Positions 36,101 through 49,752 of a stretch of DNA of 64,000 nucleotides are shown here, piece by piece (within the stretch, counting starts at the first letter, position 1; every line of letters begins with the position of its first letter). The position numbers and the translations under genes were made by a program. The stretch is from Chiloscyllium plagiosum (taxonomy: Eukaryota), in contig NC_057719.1 in the NCBI RefSeq assembly GCF_004010195.1, positions 9,795,775-9,859,774 on the forward strand, given 5' to 3'. The notes under the pieces are model-generated. The model did not search any database, was not told the DNA's origin, and saw nothing but the letters and a program-made list of their open reading frames with translations.

Positions 36101-37354
36101 CAACTTGGAGACAGACATTCAGTCTCCTTACTAAAACCAATATGAAGTACACAATGATTATTTTTGCCTTCTCCTGTGCTTCCAAACATACATCACTTTC
36201 TTTGTACCTGAAAGGCCAACCCGCACCTCCTTCTTGTTATCCTTTTATGGAATGTGGAAATCCTTAGCAAGGCCAGCATTTGGGGTCCTTCCTTTATTGC
36301 TCTTAAAAAAAGTGCCTTGCCTGGTCATTTCAGAGGACGGATCAGAGTCAACCACATTGCTACGTGCCTGGAATCACATGCTGGTCAGACCAGGTAAGGG
36401 TGGCAGTTTCCTTCCCTGAACCAGATGGATTTTTCATTTTCACTATCTACCACTGTGCAGGTTGGTGCATTTTTATTGCAGGGATACTACCAGTGCACCA
36501 TTATCTTACAGGCCATTTACTGTTTTTATGTCAATGGAAGATATATAGATTAACCTTAAATATAACTATCACTTTATTCTTGTATTTAATCATTTTTAAT
36601 TATGTTCCTCTTACTTTCTCTTCACGTTTATCCCAACTCGAACAACCTGGAGCGAGACTTGAACTTACAAGTATCTGACTCAGAATCAACAGCACTACCC
36701 ACTGAGTCACAGGTGACACTTAGTGAACATGAATAAGGGCTTATAAATGGAGCTATTCTCCCATAAATATTTTAAATTATCTGTGGCATTTATACAGAGT
36801 AGTGTTAGCCTATGCATTACTACAGCAACAGAAGAATATACATAACGTCCATATGCTACTGTGAAGAATACTGACGTTTAAGCGGTGCCAATTGGCTAAT
36901 GGTACCATTAGACTATTTATCCAGAGACATGGGTGGTGTCCAGGATATCACAGTTTGAATTCTGCCATGTAAGATGATGGAATTTGAATTCAATAACAAT
37001 CTGCAATTAAGCACCTATTTCAATTTTCACAAAAGCTCTTCTGATTCACTAATGCCCTTTAGGGAAGGAAACTGCCATCATTACCTAATCTGTCCTATAT
37101 GTGACTCCAGACCTACATAAATGGGTATTTAGGGTTGGGTACTAAATGCTGATCTGGCCACCGATGCTGACCTAGCAAGCAATCACATCCTGTGAATGAA
37201 TTGGTTTTAAAGATCAAGATAACTTGACTCTCATTGTCCTTCACTTGCAAAACATCTCAATTTTCAGTGCTTGAATGTGATCAAACATCAATTTACAACC
37301 ATAAAAGGGACTTAGGTAACTGACTACAACTTATGTTTTAACAGGATGTGACCA

Positions 37355-37440
37355 CTTCACCCTGACGAAGGAATAGCGCTCTGAAAGCTTGTGATTTCAA
37401 CTGAAGTTTTGGACTATAACCTGGCGTCTTGTGACTTCTG
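37355..37440 (+). mobile_element. Diverged family-A Penelope-type element
   Basis: CTGACGA-A-GG...GAAAGCTTGTG core; 12-bp direct repeat aggatgtgacca at 37343-37354 and 37441-37452. Confidence 0.75.
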
Positions 37441-38519
37441 AGGATGTGACCAGGCAGCACATCAATAGAACATTAAAAACTAGGAGTGGGAGTAGGCAAT
37501 TCAGCCCCTCAAGTCTGCTACACCATTCTATACAATCTTTTCTGACTCATTTCGGCCCCAACTCCACTTTCGTGTCTGCTCCCCATAACCTTTCAATCCA
37601 ATACTGATTAAAAATCTCAGTCTCCTCTGTAAATTTACTCCCTCGGCGTCATTTTGTCTGACAGAAGATGATTTAATTCTTTCAGCACTTTAAACAGCAG
37701 GCTGCTGCTGGTATACTCCACTGTGCATCTGAAATATAACTGCATTATTTCATCACCGTTAATCTTCTTCATGTCAAATTTACAATGTCACTAAATTAAC
37801 AAATTGAATTGACAAAACCACTTTACATTCTAAATTAGATTTATAATGGAGGTGTGTTCATCTCACGTTAACATACACCTACATGCTACCCAAGTCCCTT
37901 TTAAATTCTGAGTTGAATTAATAATTCTTCTCCCATTTACCATCCACACATCCCAACATTCTCATCTTTGTTTAGATTCTTAACTCTCCAAGTCAATTCC
38001 TATTTAGTCAGTTTTGTTTAACCCAAAGGCAAAATCTATGGCACACAAATTAATTTGAACTAACAAACAAGAGAAAATAAAAATTCATCAATTGTTAATG
38101 AATGTCTTTGCAGAGTGGCGCAGATGTAGAGTGAGTGCCAATGCTTCCACAAATCTGAAGAGCTTTAATTACCATTTAATTAACACACTATTCTTGATTC
38201 ATTATTGCCATTGAAAAACACCTCTGAGTATTCAACGTCAATTTCTGAAGAAACACATTTATCGTAGAGTAGTGATACATGTTCCATTAAATTGTCAGAT
38301 AATGTCAGCTGCCTGCTAGTGTTAACAGTAGCCTGACTGTGTTGGCAGAAGGTTAATCAGAAGGTAAGCAATGGTAGCTCTCAAGAAGTTAAATGTTCGG
38401 TTGTAAGCTGTCCACATCCAATGCAAGCAAGAGATGGAACAAATAAATGTTACTCAATCTGAGGCACCCAACATTCTCATACTTCCCTGCACGATGGTCA
38501 ACCACCTCTCAATATAGAT

Positions 38520-39620
38520 GAACGTGAGTACTGCAGATATTGGAGATTAGAGTCAAGAGTGGATTGCTGGACAAGCACAGCAGGTCAGGCAGCATCTGCC
38601 TCAGCTGCATCTGCTCCCAAAAGGATCAGTTCCACCATAGAACACACCAGATGGCTTTCTCCTTTAAAGATTACAATTTCCCTTCCCATCTCATCTCATT
38701 CACCTCCCGTACCTCCGCCCTCAAACCCCACCCCTCCAACCGCAAAAAGGACAGAACTCCCCTGGTCTTTACCGTCCACCCCACCAACCTCCGTATACAT
38801 TGTATCATCCTCCACCATTTCCGTCATCTATAAATGGACCCCACCACCAGAAATATATTTCCTTCCCCACTCTTTCCGCCTTCCGTAAAGACCGTTCCCT
38901 CTGCGAGCACCTGGTCAGTTCCATGCCCCCCAACTATCCACCCTCCCTTCCTGGCACCTTCCCCTGCCACCACAGGAATTGTAAAACCTGTGTCCACACC
39001 TCCCCCCTCATCTCCATCCAAGGCCCCAAAGGAGCCTTCCACATCCATCAAAGTTTCACCTGCACTTCCACACGTCATTTACTGTATCTGTTGCTCCCGA
39101 TGTGGTCTCCTCTACATTGGGGACACTGGATGCCTACTTGCAAAGCACTTCAGAGAACATCTCCGGGACACCTGCACCATGGCCAAACACTTTAACTCCC
39201 GCTCCCACTCTGCCAAGTACATGCAGGTCCAGGGCCTCCTCCATTGCCACTCCCTTCCACCTGACACCTGGAGGAAGCACGCCTCATCTTCTGCCTCGGA
39301 ACCTTCCAACCCCAGGGCATCAATGTGGACTTCACCAGTTTCCTCATTTCCCCTCCCCCTACCTTACACTAGTTCCAACATCCCAGCTCAGCACCGCCCT
39401 CATGACTGGTCAATCTTTCTTCCCACCCATCCGCTCCGACCTATCACCTTTACCCCCATCTCTGTCCACCCATAGCACTATTGGCTACCATCTCCCCACC
39501 TGCACACCTCCTCCCATTTATCTCTCCACCCTCGAGGCTTTAGCCTGAAACATTGGTTTTCCTGCTCCTCGGCTGCTGCCTGACCTGCTGTACGTTTCCA
39601 GCACCCCTTTCTCAACTCTC
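38520..39620 (+). mobile_element. Penelope-like retroelement 3' fragment with GIY-YIG endonuclease remnant and inverted family-B arms
   Basis: Peptides PGTFPCHHRNCKTCVH and VIYCICCSRCGLLYIGDTG.LLAKHFREHL; flanking direct repeat ctctcaatata. Confidence 0.9.
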
Positions 39621-41431
39621 ATCTCTCAATATACATTGGCTCAGAGTAAGATTTCACATCGATGTTTCTCCATAAAGTTAGGAAGTTTCCCATACCATTA
39701 AGAGCGAAAAAAAAAATGTTGAGGTCAGATGGCTCATTGTATCACCTGATAATGTGGGGCAGGGGCGGGGGTGGGGGGTGGGGGGGGCGGAGGTGGAGAA
39801 ATGGCCTACATCAATGGACCAACAGAGTATCTCAAAAGCAAATGACATTTAAGGAATGGGAATAAAGTTGGAAGAAAATCACAAGAATTTGAGCCACATT
39901 TTATGAAAGTTGAGTAAGAACAACAGGGAAAGAAATATCAAATTAATTAATTTTAAATGCCAAGTGTCAAGAAAATTTATTTACAAAACTAATTTAATTT
40001 AAGATCTCAATGGATAATGTGAATTGTTCCCATTCTGTGCCACTCAGGTTAACTGGCATTGTGGAGCATAAAATCTCATCATTAAAAGTATCCTTACATT
40101 GCTAAATACCAGCTCTACCTTGCTTCATTGGAAGTTCATGCAGCAATGCAGCAGCCTGTTTCTGGATACTCATTGGTCAATTAATGACCTTTGCAAAACT
40201 AACAATGGAGCAACCTAAATCGCCCCACAGCTCTGGGGGAAACCTCTTCCTCAATATAAGTTGTTGGACTATTTAAAATGGGAATGTTATGGAGCCCACC
40301 ATGATTTTGACACTGCAGCCTTGAGAAGACTCGAGAAAGACATTGATTGACTTATACCCTGGGTATGAAAGTGAACCACCAGGATGGGTGGCCACCATTG
40401 CAATTTGCACTGTGTGAGTATGTCTCAAACTCTTAAATCTTTGCAACACAGCTTGCACCATCTGCTAGATCTCTTATACTTGGTTATAACATAAAAGTGC
40501 TGGATGGAAAGCTGAGATTGACTGCTCATGCAAGCGTAGCATGTCACAGCGGTAAGGGGGAGAGTTGACCTATATGCAGAATACATGCAAGAACATGACT
40601 TCTGGGACCAAAAAACTGGGGTGATAATATATGCCATTATCTGCGGTATATCTAACTTCCAAGGGAACTGCAAGGGATTCTGGCGAATCAATCTTTTCAA
40701 CACGAAAAGGCAAACTCCATGCTTATCAATGGCAATTCATTTAATCTCACTAATTGCGCTATTTTGAGGTTTTTATGTAGCTGACTGGACCAAATTCACA
40801 ATAGGTTTCTCGATGAACTCTGCACTAGCTTCAGGATACGAACTGAACATTGCAGCTTTCATCCAGCTCATTTCAGATCAACCAGTTCTGAAGAAGGGTC
40901 ACTGGATCCAAAACATCAACTCTACTTTTTCTCCACAGATGCTGCAGGACCTGCGGAGTTTTTCAGAAATTTCTGTTTGCTAACATCTGCAGTTCTTTCA
41001 TTTTTTTTGTTTAATATTCCAACCTGCAAACTTGGCTGGTAGCAGTCCAAAGAGAGTTCTCCAAAAGCCTCAACAAGCTCTGACTTTATACCATCTGAGG
41101 TAGTCCATCAAACTTCTTTTCATCTTATGTTGATTCATATTAATTGAGTGAAATATTTGCTTCATAATCCATTTGTGATTCAAGAGAAACACGAATGCTT
41201 GAGTGGTACAGTACATACCATTGAGTGTACCACTGTGTTTGAATCAGGAAAATCATGTTAAAATGATTCTCCTACTCAAGTATTTCCCACTAAAATTCAG
41301 AAGTCTGTTATTCTATCACTGTTTTCAATGCTGACAGTTTTCCATATTGTTAAATGATAAAATTCCTTATGGAGTCCTTCTGCAAATTAATACTGGTTTT
41401 GCAGAGTTCATTGACACTGACAACAAACTCA

Positions 41432-41654
41432 GTCGAGGGTGTGTGGTGCTGGAAAAGCACAGCAGATCAGGCAGCATCCAAGAAGCAGGAAAATTGACGT
41501 TTCAGGCAGGAGTCCTTCAAGGAATTCCTGATGAAGGGCTCCTGCCTGAAAAATTGATTCTCCTGCTCCTCGGATACTGCCTGACCTGCTATGCTTTTCT
41601 AGCACCACACACTCTTGAATCTGATCTCCAGTATATGCAATCCTCACTTCCTCC
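41432..41654. mobile_element. Fold-back family-B element
   Basis: Inverted arms around ggaattcc; flanking direct repeat ctgacaa(c/t)aaactcag. Confidence 0.85.
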
Positions 41655-44189
41655 CTGACAATAAACTCAGTCAAGACATTATACCTTTTCCTGGGACAGG
41701 GATATTAACAAATTAGTACATCCTATGCTACTGCTGCAAGATAAATGTGGCAAAGTTGAAAGCTGGCTGACAGAAGCAACTCTTGAGAATTCCACCTTAT
41801 TAGGACTTTCCTGGATTGCGGAAGAGAGTCCTTCATGAGGAGAAAGATCTGACATGTCTAATCTGAGTTGAACCATCTGAAAATCTTTGCACCGAAACAA
41901 CTCTCTAGTCCCTCTTCAATGATTCCCCAGAGGATCATGGATACTCCACCGTTGAGTACACTTATGGCTGAGGTAAACAGATTTTTGGTCACTCAGGAAA
42001 TCAAAGCATATCCAATGGAGTCTAAGCTCAAGGTCAGCTGTGATAGTACAGAATGGTTGGGCAGGCTTAATGGATGAAATGGCCTGCTCCTACTTCTATT
42101 TCTTGTATGACATTCAAAGAGTCAAAGCATGCAAGTGACCCATCACTTTAATTGGTTCACTGTTAAACTGATTCTTTCAATTCTGCTACTTTTCTTTTCA
42201 AGTTGTGACAAATTCATCCTCTGGTTCACAATCTTACACTGAGCAGGAAGGGTAATCACGGCTCAATAGTATAGCAACCAACTGTGAGTCCACAATTCAG
42301 GACCACACTTAACACTGAACTGGTGATGTTGAAAGAATGCTTTCGCTTGTGGGAAATTCTAGAACGGAGGGTCATGATTTGAAAATAAGGGGCCACTCAT
42401 TTAAAACGGAGGTGAGGGAACATTTATTCTCTCAGGAGGTTGAAAGTCTTTGGAATTCCCTTTATATTATTTTAAGGCTGAGGTAGAGGTTGATTAACAA
42501 GGATGCAAAAGATTCTTGGAGATGTGTAGAATTGATGGGAAGAGTGGCCTACCCCTGTAGCCATGATCTTACTGAGTGACGGAGTGGCTCAAAGGGTCGA
42601 AGGGCGTAGTCTTGATATTTGTTCATATGTTCCCTTAATGGAATCACAGAAGGTGGTACACCATGCTTTGAAAAGAATTATCTAATTTGAGCTATTTTCA
42701 TTATCTCACTCGACATCTTTGCAATTTCTTCTTGTTCTCAGTTATTCACCCATTTTATTTTGAATATTTATCCATTTGCCCGTTGAAAGTTATGAATGAA
42801 CCACTTTTCTTGCCCTAGTTTTCAGGCAGTGCATTTAAGATTAGAACATCTTATTGCGTCAACATATCTCTCCTCTCATTTTCACCTCTGCACATGTTGC
42901 CAGTGGCCTCGGGTGCTGCGTCCTCTGGTTATTGACCTTCCTGCAGTGGAAACGATTATTCCTCAAAGAAAATACTCAGCGGTTTTCACGGAAGCTGCTT
43001 ACACATCACCTTTATCTTTGGAATGTTAACATAAACTCCAAGTTTCCCGACTCCAACGCCACATCAAAATGACAGAAGAGAACCTTGCCACTGAAACAAC
43101 TATAGCATCCCACATAAAAAGCCAAATTTGCCTTCTGTCCAATTGTTTGGATGGCATTTCAGAGGGTTCTCCTTCAGGTAGATCAGGATCACTGGAAGAA
43201 AGGAAAGATCAACAACCCACGAATTTTCTTGACTCATCAATGATACCTATTCACATTCTCAGTACACAGTGTCTCACTCTATGGAAAAAACATCAAGGAA
43301 TATCAGGATCAGGCAGGAAAGTGGTCTTGAGCCAATTATTAAATTAAATGTGGTCTTACTGAATGGTGGAGCAGGCTCACAAATCCAGACAACCTATTCC
43401 TGCTCCGAACTCATATCTAAGAAATATCAATTTAATTCTTATTAAGTTTACATTCCACGTTACAATGATATGGTAGTACTATCGCTGACCTAACTCATTG
43501 AGAGTGGGACATTTCAAAAGTCATGGACAACCCGTAGCTCATTGTGGAGGTCTATTGCAGGTTAATAGCGCTCTTGATCATTTCCACATCCAATGGGCCA
43601 CTCGCCTGACTGATCGTTGGGTCCATCTAGGGAGAGTGAGTAGATCATGAGAAGAAGGTTCTTTGATTGCCGTTGGGAATGGGCAGTTGATTGTCAATGA
43701 TCTATTAGGAAAGGATGTTTGCTCCTCTGGGAGAATCCAACTAAAGGTCACTGATTGTAAATGAAGGGTTTCCCATATAAAAACAAAGGTGAACTGTCAT
43801 TCTCCTAGAAGGTTGTGAGTCTATGGAAATCTCTCTAAAAAGGAGTTGGAAGCAGACACCTTGACTATTTGTGAGGCACAAGTTAGACAGGTGTATGTTA
43901 GGCAAAGGAGGAAAGGTAGTCAGAGGTAGGGGTGAAAGGTTATCAGTGGTATGGGGTGAAAGGTTATCAGGAATAGGTAGGACTGTAGATTTGAAGTTAC
44001 AATCAGATCAGTCATGACTTCGAAAGACAACTCAAAGTGGGTGAGGTCAATGAAAACTCTACCCATCATTCTACTATTCTATGTGGATTGTGAACACATG
44101 GTGTACAATTAATATTAATATTGACTACATATTAGCATTGGAATTAGGAGCAGGAGTGGACCAGTCAGTCCTTTCACCTTATTGAATGG

Positions 44190-45315
44190 TAGAGTAGATG
44201 TACCACTCAGATGTACAGCATGGAAACAGACCCTTCGGTCCAACCCGTCCATGCCGACCAGATATCCCAACCCAATCTAGTCCCACCTGCCGGCACCCGG
44301 CCCATATCCCTCCAAACCCTTCCTATTCATATACCCATCCAAATGCCTCTTAAAATTGTACCAGCCTCCACCACTTCCTCTGGCAGCTCATTCCATACAC
44401 GTACCACCCTCTGTGTGAAAACGTTGCCCCTTAGGCCCCTTTTATATCTTTCCCCTCTCACCATAAACCTATGCCCTCTAGTTCTGGACTCCCCGACCCC
44501 AGGGAAAAGACTTTGNNNNNNNNNNNNNNNNNNNNNNNNNNNNNNNNNNNNNNNNNNNNNNNNNNNNNNNNNNNNNNNNNNNNNNNNNNNNNNNNNNNNN
44601 NNNNNNNNNNNNNNNNNNNNNNNNNNNNNNNNNNNNNNNNNNNNNNNNNNNNNNNNNNNNNNNNNNNNNNNNNNNNNNNNNNNNNNNNNNNNNNNNNNNN
44701 NNNNNNNNNNNNNNNNNNNNNNNNNNNNNNNNNNNNNNNNNNNNNNNNNNNNNNNNNNNNNNNNNNNNNNNNNNNNNNNNNNNNNNNNNNNNNNNNNNNN
44801 NNNNNNNNNNNNNNNNNNNNNNNNNNNNNNNNNNNNNNNNNNNNNNNNNNNNNNNNNNNNNNNNNNNNNNNNNNNNNNNNNNNNNNNNNNNNNNNNNNNN
44901 NNNNNNNNNNNNNNNNNNNNNNNNNNNNNNNNNNNNNNNNNNNNNNNNNNNNNNNNNNNNNNNNNNNNNNNNNNNNNNNNNNNNNNNNNNNNNNNNNNNN
45001 NNNNNNNNNNNNNNNNNNNNNNNNNNNNNNNNNNNNNNNNNNNNNNNNNNNNNNNNNNNNNNNNNNNNNNNNNNNNNNNNNNNNNNNNNNNNNNNNNNNN
45101 NNNCCTGTATTCCATGAGATCTAACCTTGCTAAACAGTCTCCCATGGGGAACCTTGTCGAACGCCTTACTGAAATCCATATAGATCACATCTACTGCTCT
45201 GCCCTCAATCTTCTTTGTTACTTCATCAAAAAACTCAATCAAGTTTGTGAGACATGATTTCCCACGCACAAAGCCATGCTGACTATCCCGAATCAGTCCT
45301 TGCCTTTCCAACACA
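44190..45315 (-). mobile_element. CR1/HER1 LINE spanning an assembly gap (N run 44516-45103)
   Basis: LERQGLIRDSQHGFVRGKSCLTNLIEFF...YMDFSKAFDKVPH on one side of the gap, 3' end on the other. Confidence 0.92.
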
Positions 45316-46795
45316 CTCCTGCTCCATTTCTTAAGTTCAAAAGTCAGAGAGCCATTTGATGGGCTGTGAGCCATTGCAGAGGCCTTGTAGTCAAACGGGA
45401 ACTTCACGTTTTGCTGTGGGAGAGTGGGGCATGCTCAGTCATTGGGGATGGAGGGTTCTCAGGCAGATGTGGTCTTCCTGCCTCCTGAATCCACCAAGTC
45501 CTGTCCTCAGTGGGACTGTCAGATTTTTCAACACTTGAGAAACACTGACAGGCAGCAATTTCTTTTTAACTACCATCAGTAATCACCTGTGCGGCCAACT
45601 CATTTACATGTAGAGCCCATTATAGGCAATACAAGCCATCAAAAGACAGAGGAAATGGAGGGAGAGTGGGAAGGGGCGAAATCAAAATGGAGTTAGAGGG
45701 GAAGATAAAACACGGTATCCTTCATGGTGCCCACCGCTCTCTCTGAAAGTATCGAGAGCATTGACGCTCACCACCAGACCGCAGTACAAGTTGGAAAGCT
45801 CAATGAGAATCAGGCTCACAGGCACAGTATTTTGTTAAGTGTTTCAACTCGCCTGCTTAGACCATGTTAGGAGAGAAGTAACCTTCCAAATTCAAGTAAA
45901 GCTGGAAATGGGAGAGTTGGAAGTAATGATGAATGAATAAATAAGGTTTTATGCTCACATCTAACCACGTTAAAGCTCTGTCTTTTAAACTGAAACTTTT
46001 ACAAAATAGAAGAAGGTCAATTTGCTGATTGCGCCAACATCTCTTTGGATGTACTATCCAGTTGATCCTATATCCTGGAAATTTCACCCATTTCAAGTGT
46101 TTATGCAATTCTGTTTTGAAAGCTACTATTAAATCTGCTTCCACCATCCCATATATCACGAATTCCAGATTATTTTAACTTGCATCAATATCTTACCCAG
46201 CAAGTTCACTCACCAGGTCAACATGACTTTGCTTTTCACTCTTCAGTCCTTCATTTTTATTTGATATCTCCTGATATCTAAACTCTCCACTGTGCTAAAC
46301 GACCTTTTCAAAATTCTTTCAGAGGTGTGGGTGCCTATGACCAGGTCTGCATTTATTGTCCATTCCTAATTACCCAGAGAGTAGTTCAGAGACAACCACA
46401 TCATGTCACATGAGAGTTGAATTAATCACATCCTGTCACATGACAGATAAGAGTCAACCACATCCTGTCACATGTAGGCAGACCAGGTAAGGATAGATTT
46501 CCTTCCTTTCAGCTCAATCGTGAACAAGATGAGCTTTTACAACAGTCAACATTGGTTATATGGTCACCATGACCCTACTTCTTAATTCTTTTCTTAAAAA
46601 CTTGAATTCATATTTCACCACCTGCTACGGTGGGATTCAAACCCATGACCTCAGCGCATTAATCTGATCTCTGAATTGCTGCTATGCCACCACCTCATCT
46701 TTTGAACTTGCATTGTCTATTTTTTTCATAACCCTTACAATTTCAATTCTAGAACACAAGCTCTTTGTTCCCAAGTAAAAGGCATATGGAGTGAT

Positions 46796-47443
46796 TGTGA
46801 CAAGGTGGCACGGTGGCACAGTGGTTAGCACTGCTGCCTCACAGCGCCAGAGACCCGGGTTCANNNNNNNNNNNNNNNNNNNNNNNNNNNNNNNNNNNNN
46901 NNNNNNNNNNNNNNNNNNNNNNNNNNNNNNNNNNNNNNNNNNNNNNNNNNNNNNNNNNNNNNNNNNNNNAGGGCCTGTTTCCACACTGTAAGTAATCTAA
47001 TCTAATCTAAGGTCAGCCAGGTAGACATCATAGAATATGAGTTCCCTGATTGGGGCTGTTAATCTGGTCCAATCAGAGAGCCCCGGTTGACAGATAAAAA
47101 CAGGAGTGTCAATTGAATAAAGATTTGTATACCTTGTGTCTTTCACTGTGTCTCACACTTGCACACACACACACAACATGGGTGCTGGGGATAAAGTAAG
47201 CACTACTGCAGTTAGGCAATAGTGTGGAGGTGAGAGAGAAAAAAGATAAACAGGAGGGTCAGACCTCCTGTTCGCTCCGAGAGTTGATTCTTGAAGGAGC
47301 TGGACCCCAAAAAAAACAATAGTGTCAAGACATCCTGTCACTCAGAGCTGGCTGTGAGGTAGCTGGATCACTGTCAATTACTATGCACGTGTAAATAAAT
47401 GGTGACTTAGTGATGGGATACAGGCCTCTATAGAGTTATTTCA
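46796..47443 (+). mobile_element. Solo LTR (tg...ca) related to the Gypsy LTR at ~6090-6960, with an HE1 SINE (~46805-47010, gap 46864-46969) and an internal insert
   Basis: tgtgacaaggt|SINE|aaggtcagccagg...aataaatggtgacttagtgatgg...gagttatttca. Confidence 0.7.
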
Positions 47444-49084
47444 ATATAAACTTTTCTAGTCTTTCATTTTCTTGTCAACTCTTAACATATTTGCAATGAG
47501 TCCTCCAAAAAAGGAGTTTCAGCACCAAGTAACTAATCCAAACACAAAATCCAGTAAACAAGATTTTACAAGAAAGTAATCATTAAAACAGAGGACACCA
47601 TAATGGATAAAAAATGCAGCAACTCATTCACTCTCCATGACCACCCTGATAATAGTACAATGTAACAGCCTGTCCAGGACAGATCTCCTCAGACACAGTA
47701 GTCAAGCTGCTGTTGTTTCATATGTTTAAACTCAATTAACAAACAATTCACAAAGTGTGTGCTCAGTCCCCCAGTAACACTTGACATGATTGAGGATGGT
47801 ATACATTAATGGCAAGAGACTTGGAGGTAGGGTGCTGACCAACCAACGTTTCACTGAATGCTACAGCAGTCTCAAAATTCTGAATGGCCCATTCCTCTCC
47901 TGCCAGATCCTTAAAACTGTCCTCATTAAACGTTCTTGAGCCATAATTTGCACAAAAAGAAACCATTGTCCTTTTTCTCTTGAACTTTGACTTTGTCTGG
48001 TTTAATTTTTCAGCCCTTTCGAATGACAGCAATTCTGTAATTAATGTTTCATGTTTTATTCGAGGGAGAGCACAGCACTAATTATCATTCCAAATTAACT
48101 TTGCAGGCCGACTGCACATAGACATGATGTCGGACTGTAAAACGTGACTGTTCATTAGCACCAAAAATTACCGTAGTCCATATTGAATCTCTTCAAAGTT
48201 TAAAAGGATTAGTTTGAAATGTACAAGCCAAGAAATTAGACTGCTACTGTCATCTGAACCCTTAAAGAATTCCCATCAAAATCCTTCTTGTATGTTAACT
48301 AAAGCTATGACCTGTGTATTTTAAATGGGAATAATACAGCAGGAAAATGAATTTTACAGTACATTGTAAAATTCTATTCACTCACAGTCCTTAAAGGCAA
48401 ATCAAACCTTAGGAGCGAAAACATTTCCTTCCATGAGCTTCTTTCAGCATAATTGCTGTTCATTACCATTCTAATCAGAGCAGTCGCTGCTCACTATATC
48501 GGGCTAAATGGAGTGTCATGATGTCATTTCTCTCCCCTGCCACCAATGATAGGTAAATGATGCTGCAAAGATACACAAACTTACCTCATGACAATTCTTT
48601 AATCATCCAAAACTCTATTCAAGGTTTAAACATCAAATTATCTGCAATAAAAGTCACTCACGTTAGAAGATTAAGGGGTTGGTCTAATTGAGGCATTTAA
48701 GTTTATTAAAGGAGTTAATAGGGTAGATCATGGGAAGATTTTTTTCCTTTGACAGTTTAAGGGCTCATGTAGTGCAGTGGTAGTGTCCCTATCTCTGAGC
48801 TAGGAGATCTGGGTTCCAGTCTTACTTCCTCCAGCCCAACATCTTGGAGCAAATTGATCAGAGAACATCCAAGGGGTCTTGTGGCAGATTGGTAGTGTCC
48901 CCCTACCTGGGTTCAAGTCACACGTGCTGTACGTATATTTCAAAAATATCAATTTCCTTTGATGAAGAGAGTGCGGGACGCAACGGGTAGAGCGAGGCAG
49001 AACCTTAAAATTACAGTAACATAAGAACTAGGAGTAGGAGTAGGCCATCTGGCCCATCAAGCCTGTTTCACCATTTAATAAGAT

Positions 49085-49440
49085 CATAGAGTCATAGAGA
49101 TGTTCAGCACGGAAACAGACCCTTCGGTCCAACTTGTCCATGCCGACCAGATATCCCAACCCAATCTCGTCCCACCTGCCAACACCTGACCCATATCCCT
49201 CCAAACTCTTCCAATTCATATACCCATCCAAATGCCTCTTAAATGTTGCAATTGTACCAGCCTCCACCACATCCTCTGGCAGCTCATTCCATACACGTAC
49301 CACCCTCGGTGTGAAAAAGTTGCCCCTTATGTTTCTTTTATATCTTTCCCTTCTCACCCTAAACCTATGCCCTCTAGCTCTGGACTCCCCCACCCCAGGG
49401 AAAAGACTTTGCCTATTTACCCTATCCGTGCCCCTCATAA
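49085..49440 (-). mobile_element. CR1/HER1 3' fragment
   Basis: ORF MRGTDRVNRQSLFPGVGESRARGHRFRVR...WNELPEDVVEAG. Confidence 0.92.
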
Positions 49441-49627
49441 TTCATTCAGGAAAGGTTCATATACAAACCGTATTGGAAATCACTTCGACCCAAAGCTGTT
49501 CTGGCGGGTGGGGGTTAATTGAAACACTTTTTAAAAATGGAGATTGATTGATTGTTACTGGAAAGGGTTATTAAAGGCCACAGAACCAGTCTGGGTGTAT
49601 GAAGTAAAGAGGCCAGTTAAGAGGCCA

Positions 49628-49752
49628 AAGTGAGAACTGTAGATGCTGGAGATTAGAGTCAAGAGTGTGTTGCTGGAAAAGCACAGCAGGTCAGGCAGCA
49701 TCCGAGGAGCAGGAGAATTGACGTTTCGGGCAAAAGCTCTTCATCAGGAATC
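49628..49752 (-). mobile_element. Single-arm family-B Penelope-type element with hammerhead core in NRXN3 sense
   Basis: Minus strand reads CTGATGA-A-GAGC-TTTT-GCCC-GAAA-CGTC. Confidence 0.75.

Noticed and set aside
44211..45407. Long ORFs of 217-348 aa
   Set aside because: Artefacts of reading through the N gap inside a CR1 element.
46390..46475. Short tandem copies of accacatcctgtcacatg (similar slippage at ~4812-4856 and ~43928-43970)
   Set aside because: Ordinary slippage duplications inside decayed repeats.
47763..48032. 89-aa minus-strand ORF in unique DNA as a possible NRXN3 exon
   Set aside because: No neurexin similarity and no convincing splice-site pair.
48349..48374. Perfect 10-bp hairpin gaattttaca/tgtaaaattc
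   Set aside because: Short and AT-rich; plausible by chance in 64 kb.
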